From IMG/VR virus record IMGVR_UViG_3300046047_000046, positions 1-64,000 of that record: a stretch of DNA of 64,000 nucleotides, one strand, 5' to 3'. Below, one piece after another: positions 40,601 through 50,341 of the stretch. Origin of the DNA: an uncultured virus (IMG/VR IMGVR_UViG_3300046047_000046) (lineage: Duplodnaviria > Heunggongvirae > Uroviricota > Caudoviricetes > Crassvirales). The notes under the pieces were generated by a model that had not been told where the DNA came from, did not search any database, and was given only the letters and a program-made list of their open reading frames with translations. Position numbers and translations under genes: made by a program. Every line of letters starts with the position of its first letter. The first letter of the stretch is position 1.

Positions 40601-40878
40601 GAAGTAGTATTACTGGTATTATTAGTATTAATATTGCTACTACTACTTCCACTACTACTACTACTACTATTCCCTGCTGTACTTCCTGATGATACATGAG
40701 GTACATGTGCTGCTGCTCCACCTAATTTAGTACTTAGATTAGGTGACTTTAAGAGAGTATCAGCAAGACTTTGCTTTGAAGAACCTGTTAAGCTACTGGA
40801 ACCATGATTAAGGGTTCCTGCATCATCATATCTATTAATAAGTCTATTAGACTTCCTTGAGTATTTTCTTTTAGCCAT
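37687..40878 (-). CDS. Capsid cargo protein (crAss C1-like)
   Basis: 1063 aa downstream of the muzzle gene; GGTHEQNPNEGV motif, Gly-rich amphipathic segments, Ser and Gln tracts. Confidence 0.7.
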   Translation of the reverse strand: MAKRKYSRKSNRLINRYDDAGTLNHGSSSLTGSSKQSLADTLLKSPNLSTKLGGAAAHVPHVSSGSTAGNSSSSSSGSSSSNINTNNTSNTTSDGSSIFGLSSDNLGALSGAVGTAGYSILSDGLDSKAGSTINSIGSTAGNIVSMIPGGQVIGAAIKAGSGVVGGLTNKLFGANLNTEKIDSIKSNNNSLNTLNIGEGDTNYLANSWNSINFGSDFSKKNIGRDGIFSNKASNTYKRLRNQQNVARSNASLLFNNAVNNSDYNNDLNMMANYSAYGGPLGGYGYNNSAVGYDLSMQQLANQRLNTLNQSKLTSMPNSFGATNTSNTLSNGGSIYINPANRGKFNATKKATGKSTEELTHSKNALTRRRAIFAQNAAKWNHKKAFGGDLSVNGGDFPTGLLNIGTGGTHEQNPNEGVQMGVDNQGVPNLVEQDEVVYNDYVYSNRLKATKDSLKAGQLPDKYIGKSFSDIAELLGRESEERPNDPISQAGLKDNMDRLQTSQEDLKQTKQLNQFRRLPKEQQLAIMQQGQQMQQAQQAQQGNPQEQQGLQVPQEYMQSDNREPQFGFGGNLFLGGGNKKKLHFTSSDFMRNTDRNMFMTPEEKAAYYNGNNYNVVDWNNVNPAFDNSINVGYVPYYSNKSVNDVQNMENSSNYQAFTNYILNNDNDYTRAYINNLNNKLGNNMLLDSKGNRVSNFNTLYNNLRNDHKQGYAHLTPSFSEKSAFPKINVFKDDAGNIYWDKNSAAQAGYDISKDIANTTDKANETKLIMGNITNLSNPEGRAGIIEDNIKYNNNNSKEEDEPYTQDLEPTWMRYAPVVGSALGVFSDAMGWTNKPDYTNADIIANSVNHLSNVSATPVGNYLQYNPFDRDYYINKLNAQAGATRRGVVNASNGNRATATAGILAADYNAQNQLGDLARQAEEYNLKQREDVGTFNRGTNEFNSESSLKAQMANKQNDELRVNAALQSAKLRDDIFNRASAGRSANLTNLFNNMGNIGRENYARNMITANRALMYAPTANGGQTYKAKAEALKKQANAYLKAKNKSKKSNGGYLTINNKRGRKQA

Positions 40879-40894
40879 AAACTAATATTTTATT

Positions 40895-40904
40895 TGCAAA
40901 GATA
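40895..40904 (-). promoter_or_regulatory. Bacteroidota -7 promoter element upstream of the cargo gene
   Basis: TATCTTTGCA on the minus strand just upstream of the ATG; -33 element weak. Confidence 0.65.
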
Positions 40905-40936
40905 AGTAAATGTATTGATTAAATAAAGTATCTATT

Positions 40937-40979
40937 AAAAAAACTAATAGCAGATAAATGATTTATTTATCTGCTATTA
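40937..40979 (-). terminator. Terminator after the muzzle gene
   Basis: taatagcagataaat / atttatctgctatta 15-bp stem with T7 on the minus strand. Confidence 0.85.
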
Positions 40980-40985
40980 ACTAAG

Positions 40986-43900
40986 TTATTCAAAATAATG
41001 TACCATCATATCATACAAAATAGTTTTATCTCTATTTTCTCTATCCATGATAAGAGAAAGATATATCCAAGGATTTCTTATTCTATCTTGTATTCTTCCT
41101 GTCTCTGTAGTAGAGCTTCTTGGAATCTTAGCTCTCCACACTCTGAATTTTCTCTTAAGTGATGAAGGTATATATATTGAGGAAAAAGCCCCTCTTACAC
41201 CTATAGTAGTAAGGTCAGAGACACCATCCTGATATTCATTTTTAACATGTAATTTATTAAAAGTAGTATCTAATAATTTATTATTACTATCCCAACTGTC
41301 TGCTCTAAAATCAACAGTGTCAAATATTTTATCATATTGCATATCAGGGTTAACGACTACTGTAGTATAGAAAGAATTAAACTTATTAAAGAATATATTA
41401 TAATCTCCTTCATTATGTAACCAAGCATGATATGCACTATCAGAAGATGTATCCTTATAAGTATTAAAAGAAACACCCCTATCATGAATATTAGCAAAGT
41501 ATGGAGTATGTTCATAGCTGTAAAATGAAGTAAACTGCCCAAAAGTTTCTGAAAAGGCAAGGCATTCATCAGCAGAAACAAAGAATACATCACCATTAAC
41601 TTTATCATAATAAGTTATGATGTTTGTAAAATCTATAGGATTCCATATATCTACATTATCAGACCTTGAATTAATCCATGAGTGGAAACCATATTTATCT
41701 GAAATACTTTCAAGTTTACCATTAAACAGACAAATATCCTTTGTTATATCATCTATAAAGAATATTCCTGTAGGAGTTTCACATATTGACCACTTATTAT
41801 GGCATCCTGCTTTCTCCTCTAGGTATCTCTTACCTTGCACTTTACCACTGTTAGCAATCTCTATAGGAACACCATTATTAGAACTTACCTGTATATTTTC
41901 ATTATATAGAATCTGACTTATACCAGTATCTTGAAAAGAAATAATTTCATTACCAAATCTTCTTAAGGCATTAACACTTCCTTTATCACCATCTAAATCA
42001 AGTGTTGAAGCTAAAGTTAGATTTGTCCAAGTATCTATTAAATCTCCTGATATTTTTGTTTTAGTCCATGTTATAGAGTTATGAAAGTTATTAAGATTAA
42101 GCTTATTTGCATCTAAAGCTCTATATACAAAGAAGTCATCTTTTTGTGAATAAACATCATTAACTTGATTAAAGTTTTCAGGAGTAACTACTAAATTACT
42201 TGTCTGACCTCTATTTCTATCATATCTACCATCTATATTAACTCTTGTTTCACACATAAAGGAACCTATATCAACTATACTATTTTGATCTTCAAGAGTA
42301 AATGGATAAGTTTTTATATTATCATATCTCTGATAATAAGTATCTCCTTCAGTATATAGTAAATGATATTCACCATTATTAACTATACTATTTATACAGT
42401 CAGTTAACAATACTGGTTTACCACATGGGAGCCATTTATTATTTGCTATAGCTTCTTCAGTAGTTCCACCAAATATAGTGTCAGTATTAACATCCCTATA
42501 TAATTCACCTAACCACAGCCATCCACTATTAAGTCCCTTGTAAGATGAATTACTAGTACTTGTATTTCCTTGATAATATGGATATTTAGTAAGGTCTGAG
42601 ATATTAATAATATCTTGCTTAGTACCATACCATATATTATTTTTATCCCAAAATGGATGTAAGGAAGCTCTGCTTACTCCTGTAAAAGGATCCACACTTA
42701 ATCTGCTATAATTATTACTGTTTATTACAGCTATCTGAGAAGCTCCTGTATTATCAACAAATGATTCTGTAAGACCAGGAAGAACTTTTTGCTTGTAATT
42801 AACTTCTTTATCAGTATCCTGTGATACACTATAGTTAAGAGCCATTACTGCATGTATATTGGATTTATATTTTATTGATACTGGGTCTACTCCAACATAT
42901 GTTTTATTATCAACTCTCTTATCTGTTAGTCTTGAGAAGTTTGCAGTAAAAATATCATGAGAATTATTATATTCAGAATCAGTTCCTGCTACTACTATAG
43001 GATAGCCATCAGCTTTCTCTCCTACTCTTGTAACATTAAGAATCTTATCTATATTACCATAATAATTAATATCAGGTAATCCTGAGTTTTTTGGTGAAGG
43101 AATCCTAACTAATGAAACTTCATCAGAATTAAATATAGATACCCCTGAGATACCAGGAAAATTATCTTCATCATCTGTTTTCTCTGCTGTCCATATCTTA
43201 TCAGAATCAAGAAATATAGTCTTATAGGAGTATCTTAATGTAGACTCTTTTTTCTTAGATAGTTTAGCTGTCTTATAACTATTATCTATGTCAGCATCCT
43301 TGTTAGTTTTAAAGCTGCCATATTTAGTATTATTAAGAGAACCATCTCTATGCCAAGGATACACTGCAAAACCTGTAGATAAATGGTCTGTATTTGAATT
43401 TTTATTATCTGTTAATTCATCAAACCAGAAAGCCTCTGTAAGTAAACTCTTATATCCAAATAGAGAATCAGGTGCAGTTACTGAAAAATTATTATTTGCC
43501 CCTATACTTTCTTTATAAAATCCTAGTGGATGTTCAGTACTACTATTACTATCATCATTAAATTTATTAGTAATAGAAGAAGTCTGAATATCCACATCTG
43601 AAATAAAGGAAGTAAGAGGTATAATTCCTGTGATTCTTAATTTTAACTTAGTAGTATTGATATTCTGAATCTGACTGTCAAACTCTATATCAGGAGAATG
43701 AAGAGTTACTATAGACTGGTCAACATAATAATTTTCTGCATTATTAGTAACGAAAGTTCTTCTGTTCTCTGTGTCTGTAGATATACTGTCATTATGGCTT
43801 ATATATGGTGTAGGAGGTGGATTGAATATACATTGTATTTCTGCATTCCTATATACATTACTAGGTATAGGACTATTGTGTCTAAACTCTGCAACAGACC

Positions 43901-46322
43901 CCATATCTATAGTATCTAAGTCTATTTCTGTTCCATCATTTAATATTATATGTCTATCATTAGTAAGTACTTCACCTGCTGAATATTCAGAATATAAACC
44001 AGCAGCATTATTACTGTTTGTTATTGGCTGATAATCACTGTTTACTGACTGTGGCTCAAATTCTTCTATAGGAGCTACAGCAGTAACAGTTATATCACTT
44101 GTGTTAGCACCAACACCCTTTATTACAGTTCCTGTACTTGAGCCATTAGGTGCATAGGGAGGAGGAGGATATAAACTATTATCTAGATTATTCTTTTCAT
44201 AAATAAACCAGTAGCTTTCACTAGAATAACATAACATAATTAATGTAACTTCCAATGAAGAGTTAACTGTTTTAGTAGTTACAGAAAGAGGACATCCATA
44301 TACTGTGTGCCCATCATCACTCCATGAATATAAAGAAGCTTTTTTAAGCACAGTATCAGAAGTACTTCCAGCAACACTTCCTGTAATCTGTAATAACCAT
44401 AAGTTACTTGAATCATTATTTAAATCTCCTGCTTTTATCTTTCTTGCATTAGTATTATAATCAAAAGGTGCATTAGGTCTTATAAACCAAGAAGATTGAG
44501 CAAATGGAGTATTACTATATCTATCTGAAACATTATATACTGTAGGACATAACATGCCTTGACATACACACTCTCTTTCACTGTAAGAAGGATAAACCAT
44601 TACTGGTCTTACTCTTCTATAACCAAGATTATAAATAGATTGAAGAATGTCCTCATTATCAAGTTTAACTATACCTACGGGAAAATATACTGGTTGTGTA
44701 TTATAATAGTTACCTGTATAAATATGTGCAGTATTTTCTTTATCTCCTATATATATAGCTTCTGACCATTTTCCTGTTTTATATTGAAACTGAACACCAA
44801 ATCTATACCACTCAAGATATTTAAAAGTAGTAATTTCTTGTGAATTACCACTAAGTTGATTCTTATAGGGATAATATCCTGTAGCATCCGGTAAATCAAC
44901 AGATTTATAAAAAGAGCCTTCTACACCATTAAGATTAGCGGTTGTAAATAATATTCTACGTCCTCTAAAAGAAGATTTATAATCATTAAGACTTCTCTCA
45001 TTTATAGTATAATCTCCTAAAAATAAGGTATTATCTTTTTGTGTAAGAGTTCCTGCTGTTATATCTTCTCCTCCTACATACAATAACTCTGTAGGATCTA
45101 TAGTATCACCTGAAGTTCCTGTATCAGTATAATTTATTATATTATATGTAGCACTTTTAAGTTTCATTTGACCACTGTTAACAGATACATTATAACCAGA
45201 GTAAATTCCTGAATGCCCTGGTGAAGGAAGTGTTACTCTAAAGGTAATTCCCTGCTTATCAAATAAAATAATTCTTCCATCATCAAGTTTTACTCCCTTA
45301 TAGTCAGTGGTGCTTCCCTCAAAGTACTTCTCATAAGTTTCTGTAGAAGTTGATGTATTATACCACTGTACAAGTTCTTCTGCACTGTTTCTTTTAATAA
45401 GATATACATTACTCATATAGGCAGGAACAACATTATATGTAACATCCTTAAAAATATATAAAGGAGAAGAAATACTCTTGGGTACTTCTATCTCTAAATC
45501 AACAACTCTTTTAGTTGTAGCAGCAGCATCAATACTTGTTCTTACTATTGAATAAACCCTTACATAGTCAAAGCTATGGTCAGGATTATTTATTGTAATA
45601 TCAAAACTGTTACTTATTTTTTCCTCAGGGGAACCTCCTCTTGCATTATAAGATATATAATATAGAGGAGAAGTGTAGAATATGTTAGTTTCCTGAGCAT
45701 ACTTATTGAAATAAGTAAAGCAGTACTGTATTACACCAGAAGGAAAAGTACCTCCTGTAATAGTATTCTTAGTAATAGCTATATCATCTGTAAAATCTAT
45801 TGTTCTTACAAAGTCAAAGGCAGTGCTGTTCCACTTACTTTTATAGCTGTCAGATGCTTCTATATTTATTACTCTTGGCTGATTTATACCATCAACCCAA
45901 TAGATTTTCTGAAGTTCCTTATTCTCAAAAAAGGAAATAGTTTCTATAGGATTCCTTGCATTAAAGTTGAGATTTCCTGAAAAAAGTTCAGTACCTGTTA
46001 AATTATCAGGATTAGTTGATGGATTGTCAAACCATAATTTATAAATATGGTCACTACCATTAGAGTCTGATGTAAATAAGCAAATCTTATTATTTAAAGT
46101 TCCTAATCCTATAGGAGTACCTTTAATATTTATAATATTTCCTGCATCATTCTTAATTGCAGCAATCTTATTTCCCTTCTCATTTATAATACTAAGAGAG
46201 GTGTTTTCATTAGTAGCCATCACTCTTATATTCTTATTTTCATAAGAATATTCACTATTGAATACAGAAGCACTTAAATCTCTCTGCATTCCCTTTGTTA
46301 TAAACTGTACTTGTTTCTGCAT
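40986..46322 (-). CDS. Tail muzzle / stabilization protein (P22 gp10-like)
   Basis: KGMQRDLS, KIYWVDGINQPRVIN, DLDGDKG, LKRKFRVWR...DRIRNPW; beta-rich; follows a ring-protein gene. Confidence 0.85.
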   Translation of the reverse strand: MQKQVQFITKGMQRDLSASVFNSEYSYENKNIRVMATNENTSLSIINEKGNKIAAIKNDAGNIINIKGTPIGLGTLNNKICLFTSDSNGSDHIYKLWFDNPSTNPDNLTGTELFSGNLNFNARNPIETISFFENKELQKIYWVDGINQPRVINIEASDSYKSKWNSTAFDFVRTIDFTDDIAITKNTITGGTFPSGVIQYCFTYFNKYAQETNIFYTSPLYYISYNARGGSPEEKISNSFDITINNPDHSFDYVRVYSIVRTSIDAAATTKRVVDLEIEVPKSISSPLYIFKDVTYNVVPAYMSNVYLIKRNSAEELVQWYNTSTSTETYEKYFEGSTTDYKGVKLDDGRIILFDKQGITFRVTLPSPGHSGIYSGYNVSVNSGQMKLKSATYNIINYTDTGTSGDTIDPTELLYVGGEDITAGTLTQKDNTLFLGDYTINERSLNDYKSSFRGRRILFTTANLNGVEGSFYKSVDLPDATGYYPYKNQLSGNSQEITTFKYLEWYRFGVQFQYKTGKWSEAIYIGDKENTAHIYTGNYYNTQPVYFPVGIVKLDNEDILQSIYNLGYRRVRPVMVYPSYSERECVCQGMLCPTVYNVSDRYSNTPFAQSSWFIRPNAPFDYNTNARKIKAGDLNNDSSNLWLLQITGSVAGSTSDTVLKKASLYSWSDDGHTVYGCPLSVTTKTVNSSLEVTLIMLCYSSESYWFIYEKNNLDNSLYPPPPYAPNGSSTGTVIKGVGANTSDITVTAVAPIEEFEPQSVNSDYQPITNSNNAAGLYSEYSAGEVLTNDRHIILNDGTEIDLDTIDMGSVAEFRHNSPIPSNVYRNAEIQCIFNPPPTPYISHNDSISTDTENRRTFVTNNAENYYVDQSIVTLHSPDIEFDSQIQNINTTKLKLRITGIIPLTSFISDVDIQTSSITNKFNDDSNSSTEHPLGFYKESIGANNNFSVTAPDSLFGYKSLLTEAFWFDELTDNKNSNTDHLSTGFAVYPWHRDGSLNNTKYGSFKTNKDADIDNSYKTAKLSKKKESTLRYSYKTIFLDSDKIWTAEKTDDEDNFPGISGVSIFNSDEVSLVRIPSPKNSGLPDINYYGNIDKILNVTRVGEKADGYPIVVAGTDSEYNNSHDIFTANFSRLTDKRVDNKTYVGVDPVSIKYKSNIHAVMALNYSVSQDTDKEVNYKQKVLPGLTESFVDNTGASQIAVINSNNYSRLSVDPFTGVSRASLHPFWDKNNIWYGTKQDIINISDLTKYPYYQGNTSTSNSSYKGLNSGWLWLGELYRDVNTDTIFGGTTEEAIANNKWLPCGKPVLLTDCINSIVNNGEYHLLYTEGDTYYQRYDNIKTYPFTLEDQNSIVDIGSFMCETRVNIDGRYDRNRGQTSNLVVTPENFNQVNDVYSQKDDFFVYRALDANKLNLNNFHNSITWTKTKISGDLIDTWTNLTLASTLDLDGDKGSVNALRRFGNEIISFQDTGISQILYNENIQVSSNNGVPIEIANSGKVQGKRYLEEKAGCHNKWSICETPTGIFFIDDITKDICLFNGKLESISDKYGFHSWINSRSDNVDIWNPIDFTNIITYYDKVNGDVFFVSADECLAFSETFGQFTSFYSYEHTPYFANIHDRGVSFNTYKDTSSDSAYHAWLHNEGDYNIFFNKFNSFYTTVVVNPDMQYDKIFDTVDFRADSWDSNNKLLDTTFNKLHVKNEYQDGVSDLTTIGVRGAFSSIYIPSSLKRKFRVWRAKIPRSSTTETGRIQDRIRNPWIYLSLIMDRENRDKTILYDMMVHYFE

Positions 46323-46323
46323 A

Positions 46324-47025
46324 CTATTGAACCCTTATATATTCTCTGTCTCCTAGTCTTTTAAATCCCTTATCAAAGTCAGTATTTCTCTGAATAAGAG
46401 TAGTCCACATCCTTGAAATGCTCTCCATTTCTGAAGTACTTGGTATAGAAAATTCTTCCTGACATTGACCTGCTGCCCATGAATATTGCTGTAATGTATT
46501 CTGTAATACATTAGCACTTATTTTACCCATATCAAATAATATAGTAAATACCTCTTTCTTTATATAAAGCTCAAGAGCTTTAAGAAACACAGGATTATCT
46601 ATCAGCATAGGAAAACCATCATTATCAACAGGAGTAGCTTTATAGGCAACATTTACTTTTCCTTCTTTAAAGGAAGTAAATATAATTCTATTCTGAGTTT
46701 TAAAAGTTAATTCATCAGGAACTCTGCCTCTATGATTTTTTACTTCTTCAGGATTAAATGAATCTGTCATAGACCTAAGGCATATTCCTGTCTTACAGTC
46801 TTTAACTTGAATTATAGATACTATATCACATGGAAGTATCCCTCTGAAGTCATAAATATCTACCATTTCCTGTTTATCAGTAAACATTTTAGGCATACCG
46901 AATATATGAATAAAGTCTATAATATATTGTACTGCCTGTTCTATGTTTACATCCTGTAAAAGAGGATGCCTTAATACCCTACTAAGTATCTCCTTTATAT
47001 TTATATAATTATATTCTTCTACCAT
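46324..47025 (-). CDS. Tail ring / tubular protein
   Basis: Position before the muzzle gene; LPCD, YKATPVDNDGFPMLID. Confidence 0.75.
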   Translation of the reverse strand: MVEEYNYINIKEILSRVLRHPLLQDVNIEQAVQYIIDFIHIFGMPKMFTDKQEMVDIYDFRGILPCDIVSIIQVKDCKTGICLRSMTDSFNPEEVKNHRGRVPDELTFKTQNRIIFTSFKEGKVNVAYKATPVDNDGFPMLIDNPVFLKALELYIKKEVFTILFDMGKISANVLQNTLQQYSWAAGQCQEEFSIPSTSEMESISRMWTTLIQRNTDFDKGFKRLGDREYIRVQ

Positions 47026-47031
47026 ATTAAT

Positions 47032-47916
47032 TTAAGTTTTAGATTTTATTCTTTTGTTATATGCTCTTCTTACAGAACTCATGTTATTAAGACTATTACC
47101 ATAGAATCCTGCATTTGCTTCCATATATCCATGTCTTTTAAGTGCATTAGCAAATGAAAGACTGTCTTTAGCACTCAAAGCCCCTGGATATCTTCTACTT
47201 AAAAGGCTAAGTTGATTAGAGGCATATTCTTCAGGAGAGTTAAATCTTCTATAACCACTATAGCCTTTTCCTTTAACTCCACCAAAGTTATTGTTCATAA
47301 GAGCCACTTTAGAATTACCATAATTACCCTCAAATGCTGCCTGAGCTACTAAATTATACAGGGTGGCATTACTTAATGTGATACCCTTTGCTTTAGCTGC
47401 ATTATCAAAGACATTCATCATATATGAACTCCATGTATCATTGTTATAATTTCTTCTATTGTACTTTCCTGTAGTAGTATGTTCAGGCTTTACTTGTACA
47501 CTTTTATTAACATATGGTATTTGCTCATATTGCTGATTATAATTATACTGTGGAGCATTAGCTTCATATATAGGTTGGTGTACTTCAGAAGCAGCCTTCA
47601 TGGATTCTATGAATGCATCTTCAATACTGTCAGAGCTTAATGGTGAAGAAGAAAAATCATCATTAGGTGCAACAATATAGTTATCAGGATTTAAAAGATT
47701 CTCTGCACTAAGATAGCTATTATCAGATATATATGAGGGTAATTCTGTATTAGGGTTTACAGAGGTAGGTTCAATAGGATTTTCTCCTATAACAATATTA
47801 CCTCCGAAAGAATGCTTATTATAAGCATCCCTTACATCCTTAAGAGAGTTAATATTATTCCTTACACTCTTTTTGATGAAGTCATATTTTTCTTTAATTG
47901 ATAAACTATTCCACAT
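47032..47916 (-). CDS. GH73 glucosaminidase/muramidase-like peptidoglycan hydrolase
   Basis: LVAQAAFEGNYG...NNNFGGVKG...YRRFNSPEE...RY...LKRHGY; likely start MWNSLS at 47916. Confidence 0.82.
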   Translation of the reverse strand: MWNSLSIKEKYDFIKKSVRNNINSLKDVRDAYNKHSFGGNIVIGENPIEPTSVNPNTELPSYISDNSYLSAENLLNPDNYIVAPNDDFSSSPLSSDSIEDAFIESMKAASEVHQPIYEANAPQYNYNQQYEQIPYVNKSVQVKPEHTTTGKYNRRNYNNDTWSSYMMNVFDNAAKAKGITLSNATLYNLVAQAAFEGNYGNSKVALMNNNFGGVKGKGYSGYRRFNSPEEYASNQLSLLSRRYPGALSAKDSLSFANALKRHGYMEANAGFYGNSLNNMSSVRRAYNKRIKSKT

Positions 47917-48460
47917 ACCCATATCTATTAAAAGCATCTACTATAACACCACCTCTAATATTCTTCTTTAACTCATTCTTTAATTCTCTATTGAATAACA
48001 AAATAAAGAAAGATTTATTAGTATAATCAGCTCTATTCTTATTATAGTATAATTTATATATATTTTTATCTTCAACTCTTATAAGAGTTTTCTTATTTTT
48101 TGCCTCTTTATCCTCATACCATAGCTTAAGAGTTCTATCCCAATCTATAGGAATTGGATAGACAATTTTATTATCTACTATAGAAATTCGTGGATTATAT
48201 TTCCTAAGTTCTATTCTTCCTAATCTACATGGTAATGTAAAATCCTCTCCTTTAGCTATATTAGAAGCTATAATTGTATTAACTGCTCTTATAATTGAAT
48301 AAAATTCATGTTCTTTTAAAGGTCTCCCTATATCAAACCATTTATTCTTTCTTATCCACTTATAGGAATCATACACACCAAAACTTCTACTACTGGAAGT
48401 TTCCCTAGTACTGCTAACTCTTTTTACATCCTTTATAAATTTTTTAAAAGACTCTTCCAT
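47906..48460 (-). CDS. IHF/HU-like DNA-binding protein of the crAss virion module
   Basis: IAKGEDFTLPCRLGRIELRK, PIDWDRT; basic; typical position. Confidence 0.75.
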   Translation of the reverse strand: MEESFKKFIKDVKRVSSTRETSSSRSFGVYDSYKWIRKNKWFDIGRPLKEHEFYSIIRAVNTIIASNIAKGEDFTLPCRLGRIELRKYNPRISIVDNKIVYPIPIDWDRTLKLWYEDKEAKNKKTLIRVEDKNIYKLYYNKNRADYTNKSFFILLFNRELKNELKKNIRGGVIVDAFNRYGYVE

Positions 48461-48470
48461 AATAATTATA

Positions 48471-49196
48471 TTAACTCCCTATCTGTTTCTGAAATTCACT
48501 CTTTGTATTTCTTGCTATAAAAGAAGAAAGATTTGATAAATCATCAGAGGCATTATTATCTTCATCTTTAGGTCTCCATGCAGGTCCTAGTAACTCTTTG
48601 ACAATCAGCTCTATTACTATAGGAACAAGAGCATTCTCAAGAGGGAACTCTTTATCTAATATATTACATATAGAATCATCAGAGCAGCACAGGTTTAATG
48701 CTTCTTCAGCATCTTCAAATATTCCTGTGACTTTTACATTTTCAAGACATAAAAATTGTGGATTTGCTGAATTAAAATATAAGTGATTATCTACACCTAA
48801 AGATGAATATATTATATTCTGTAAATACTTATTATATCCTACATATCTCATTCTATCTTTTGTAATATATGCTATATTTCCCTGATAATAATCAATAGGG
48901 TATATCATTATATTACCTATATTAATAAGTGAGGGTATCTTTTTTGTGGTTCTTAAATAAGGTCCTCCCTCACAAGGTTCCCCTGATATAGCATCAACCT
49001 TTTCAAGACTAAGACATATAGTCTGATAATTACTTGTAGGTATTTCCTTTTTAATATCACTGTATTTCTGCTTAAGTAAGAAAGCTCTATACTTATTTAA
49101 GAGAAATATTATATGTTCTTCTGTAAAATCAGCATCATCAGAGTACTCTTTTAACTCATCCAATACCATATATACAAGTTCTCTATACTTACTCAT
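48471..49196 (-). CDS. Tail ring protein
   Basis: Synteny; YRAFLLKQKY, GIFEDAEE, EFPLE. Confidence 0.7.
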   Translation of the reverse strand: MSKYRELVYMVLDELKEYSDDADFTEEHIIFLLNKYRAFLLKQKYSDIKKEIPTSNYQTICLSLEKVDAISGEPCEGGPYLRTTKKIPSLINIGNIMIYPIDYYQGNIAYITKDRMRYVGYNKYLQNIIYSSLGVDNHLYFNSANPQFLCLENVKVTGIFEDAEEALNLCCSDDSICNILDKEFPLENALVPIVIELIVKELLGPAWRPKDEDNNASDDLSNLSSFIARNTKSEFQKQIGS

Positions 49197-49224
49197 ACTT
49201 TTCTATTTATATTGTATATAAAAA

Positions 49225-49269
49225 ATCCTTTGTGCAAAAATAGAAAAAAAATTCTAATGCACAAAGGAT
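49225..49269 (-). promoter_or_regulatory. Bacteroidota promoter embedded in a 12-bp inverted repeat
   Basis: TTTG(49265-49262)-N19-TATTTTTG(49242-49235); arms atcctttgtgca / tgcacaaaggat. Confidence 0.75.
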
Positions 49270-49305
49270 ATTAGTAACTTTATATAAAATAGCTAAAGCT
49301 ATTAT

Positions 49306-49713
49306 TTATAAATTTGGTATATTATCAACTGTTATAGTAGAAGCAACCCCTGGTTTAACCACTACAGTATTCTGTATCTCTGTTATTTCTTTATTAACAG
49401 ATTCTTCTTCAAGATTACAAATCTGATATGCTAAATCAGTAATATCTCCCAAATGTAAATTATTCATATCATCTTGTTTTTTATTACAATACTCAGGGTA
49501 TGGTAGTAGACATGTAGTACCAAAGATACAGTATAATGCTTTCTCTATATCTCTGTAATCATCTTCAGTTATTGCTGCATCTACATCTGAATATACAAAG
49601 TCAGTAACTGCTATAAAGAAAAGTAGTTTATATACATCATCATAACTTTTATATCCAAATTGTGATAGTGTAGTAAAGTATCTCTCTATTGCTTTGTATA
49701 GAATATTAATCAT
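49306..49713 (-). CDS. Putative tail hub protein
   Basis: Synteny in the crAss virion module. Confidence 0.55.
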   Translation of the reverse strand: MINILYKAIERYFTTLSQFGYKSYDDVYKLLFFIAVTDFVYSDVDAAITEDDYRDIEKALYCIFGTTCLLPYPEYCNKKQDDMNNLHLGDITDLAYQICNLEEESVNKEITEIQNTVVVKPGVASTITVDNIPNL

Positions 49714-50281
49714 AGCATTTGCAACTATTAGAAGATAAACTATTTCCTATATCCTTAAAAAACTTATTGTAATACTTAATACCTTGAGCATAATGTTCTG
49801 TATTTATACTAAGCTGCATTGCCTTAAACTTAAGAAACATATCTATAAATTCTTTAGGAATCTGGCAATTATTTTCAACTTCCCTTATATACTGCATCAT
49901 AATATTACTAACATTACATGTGCAGAAAGTAACTCCTAAAGTATATATATTATCCATACCACAAGGTGTACAGGCAGTAGTATTTCCCTTAACTTTAATA
50001 TAGACCATAAACATAGTATTACTTATATCTATATTACTGAAATCTGCTTTAGTAAGCTCTACTCTGAAATCTTTAAGTAATTTAGTAGAATCTTCAGAAT
50101 CAGTAATGGTCTGTGTATATATAGGAGTACTGCTTGGACCATTATCCTTATAAGTATCCTGTGTATCTATAGTAATAGAATCAAGATATATATCTTTATA
50201 GAATGTAAGATTCTTTACAGAAATATCAATTATAAGCTTTTTACCATCAGAAGTGACTCTAAGTTCATTAAAGTGTACCAT
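49706..50281 (-). CDS. Putative tail hub protein
   Basis: Likely start MVHFNELR; CTPCGMD and terminal CKC; synteny. Confidence 0.6.
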   Translation of the reverse strand: MVHFNELRVTSDGKKLIIDISVKNLTFYKDIYLDSITIDTQDTYKDNGPSSTPIYTQTITDSEDSTKLLKDFRVELTKADFSNIDISNTMFMVYIKVKGNTTACTPCGMDNIYTLGVTFCTCNVSNIMMQYIREVENNCQIPKEFIDMFLKFKAMQLSINTEHYAQGIKYYNKFFKDIGNSLSSNSCKCYD

Positions 50282-50296
50282 ATTTACTGCATTTAT

Positions 50297-50334
50297 AAAA
50301 TATAATATGAGGAACATCAGTCCCTCATATTATA
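50297..50334 (-). terminator. Terminator-like hairpin after the auxiliary capsid gene
   Basis: tataatatgagg / cctcatattata 12-bp stem. Confidence 0.7.
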
Positions 50335-50341
50335 AAATTAT

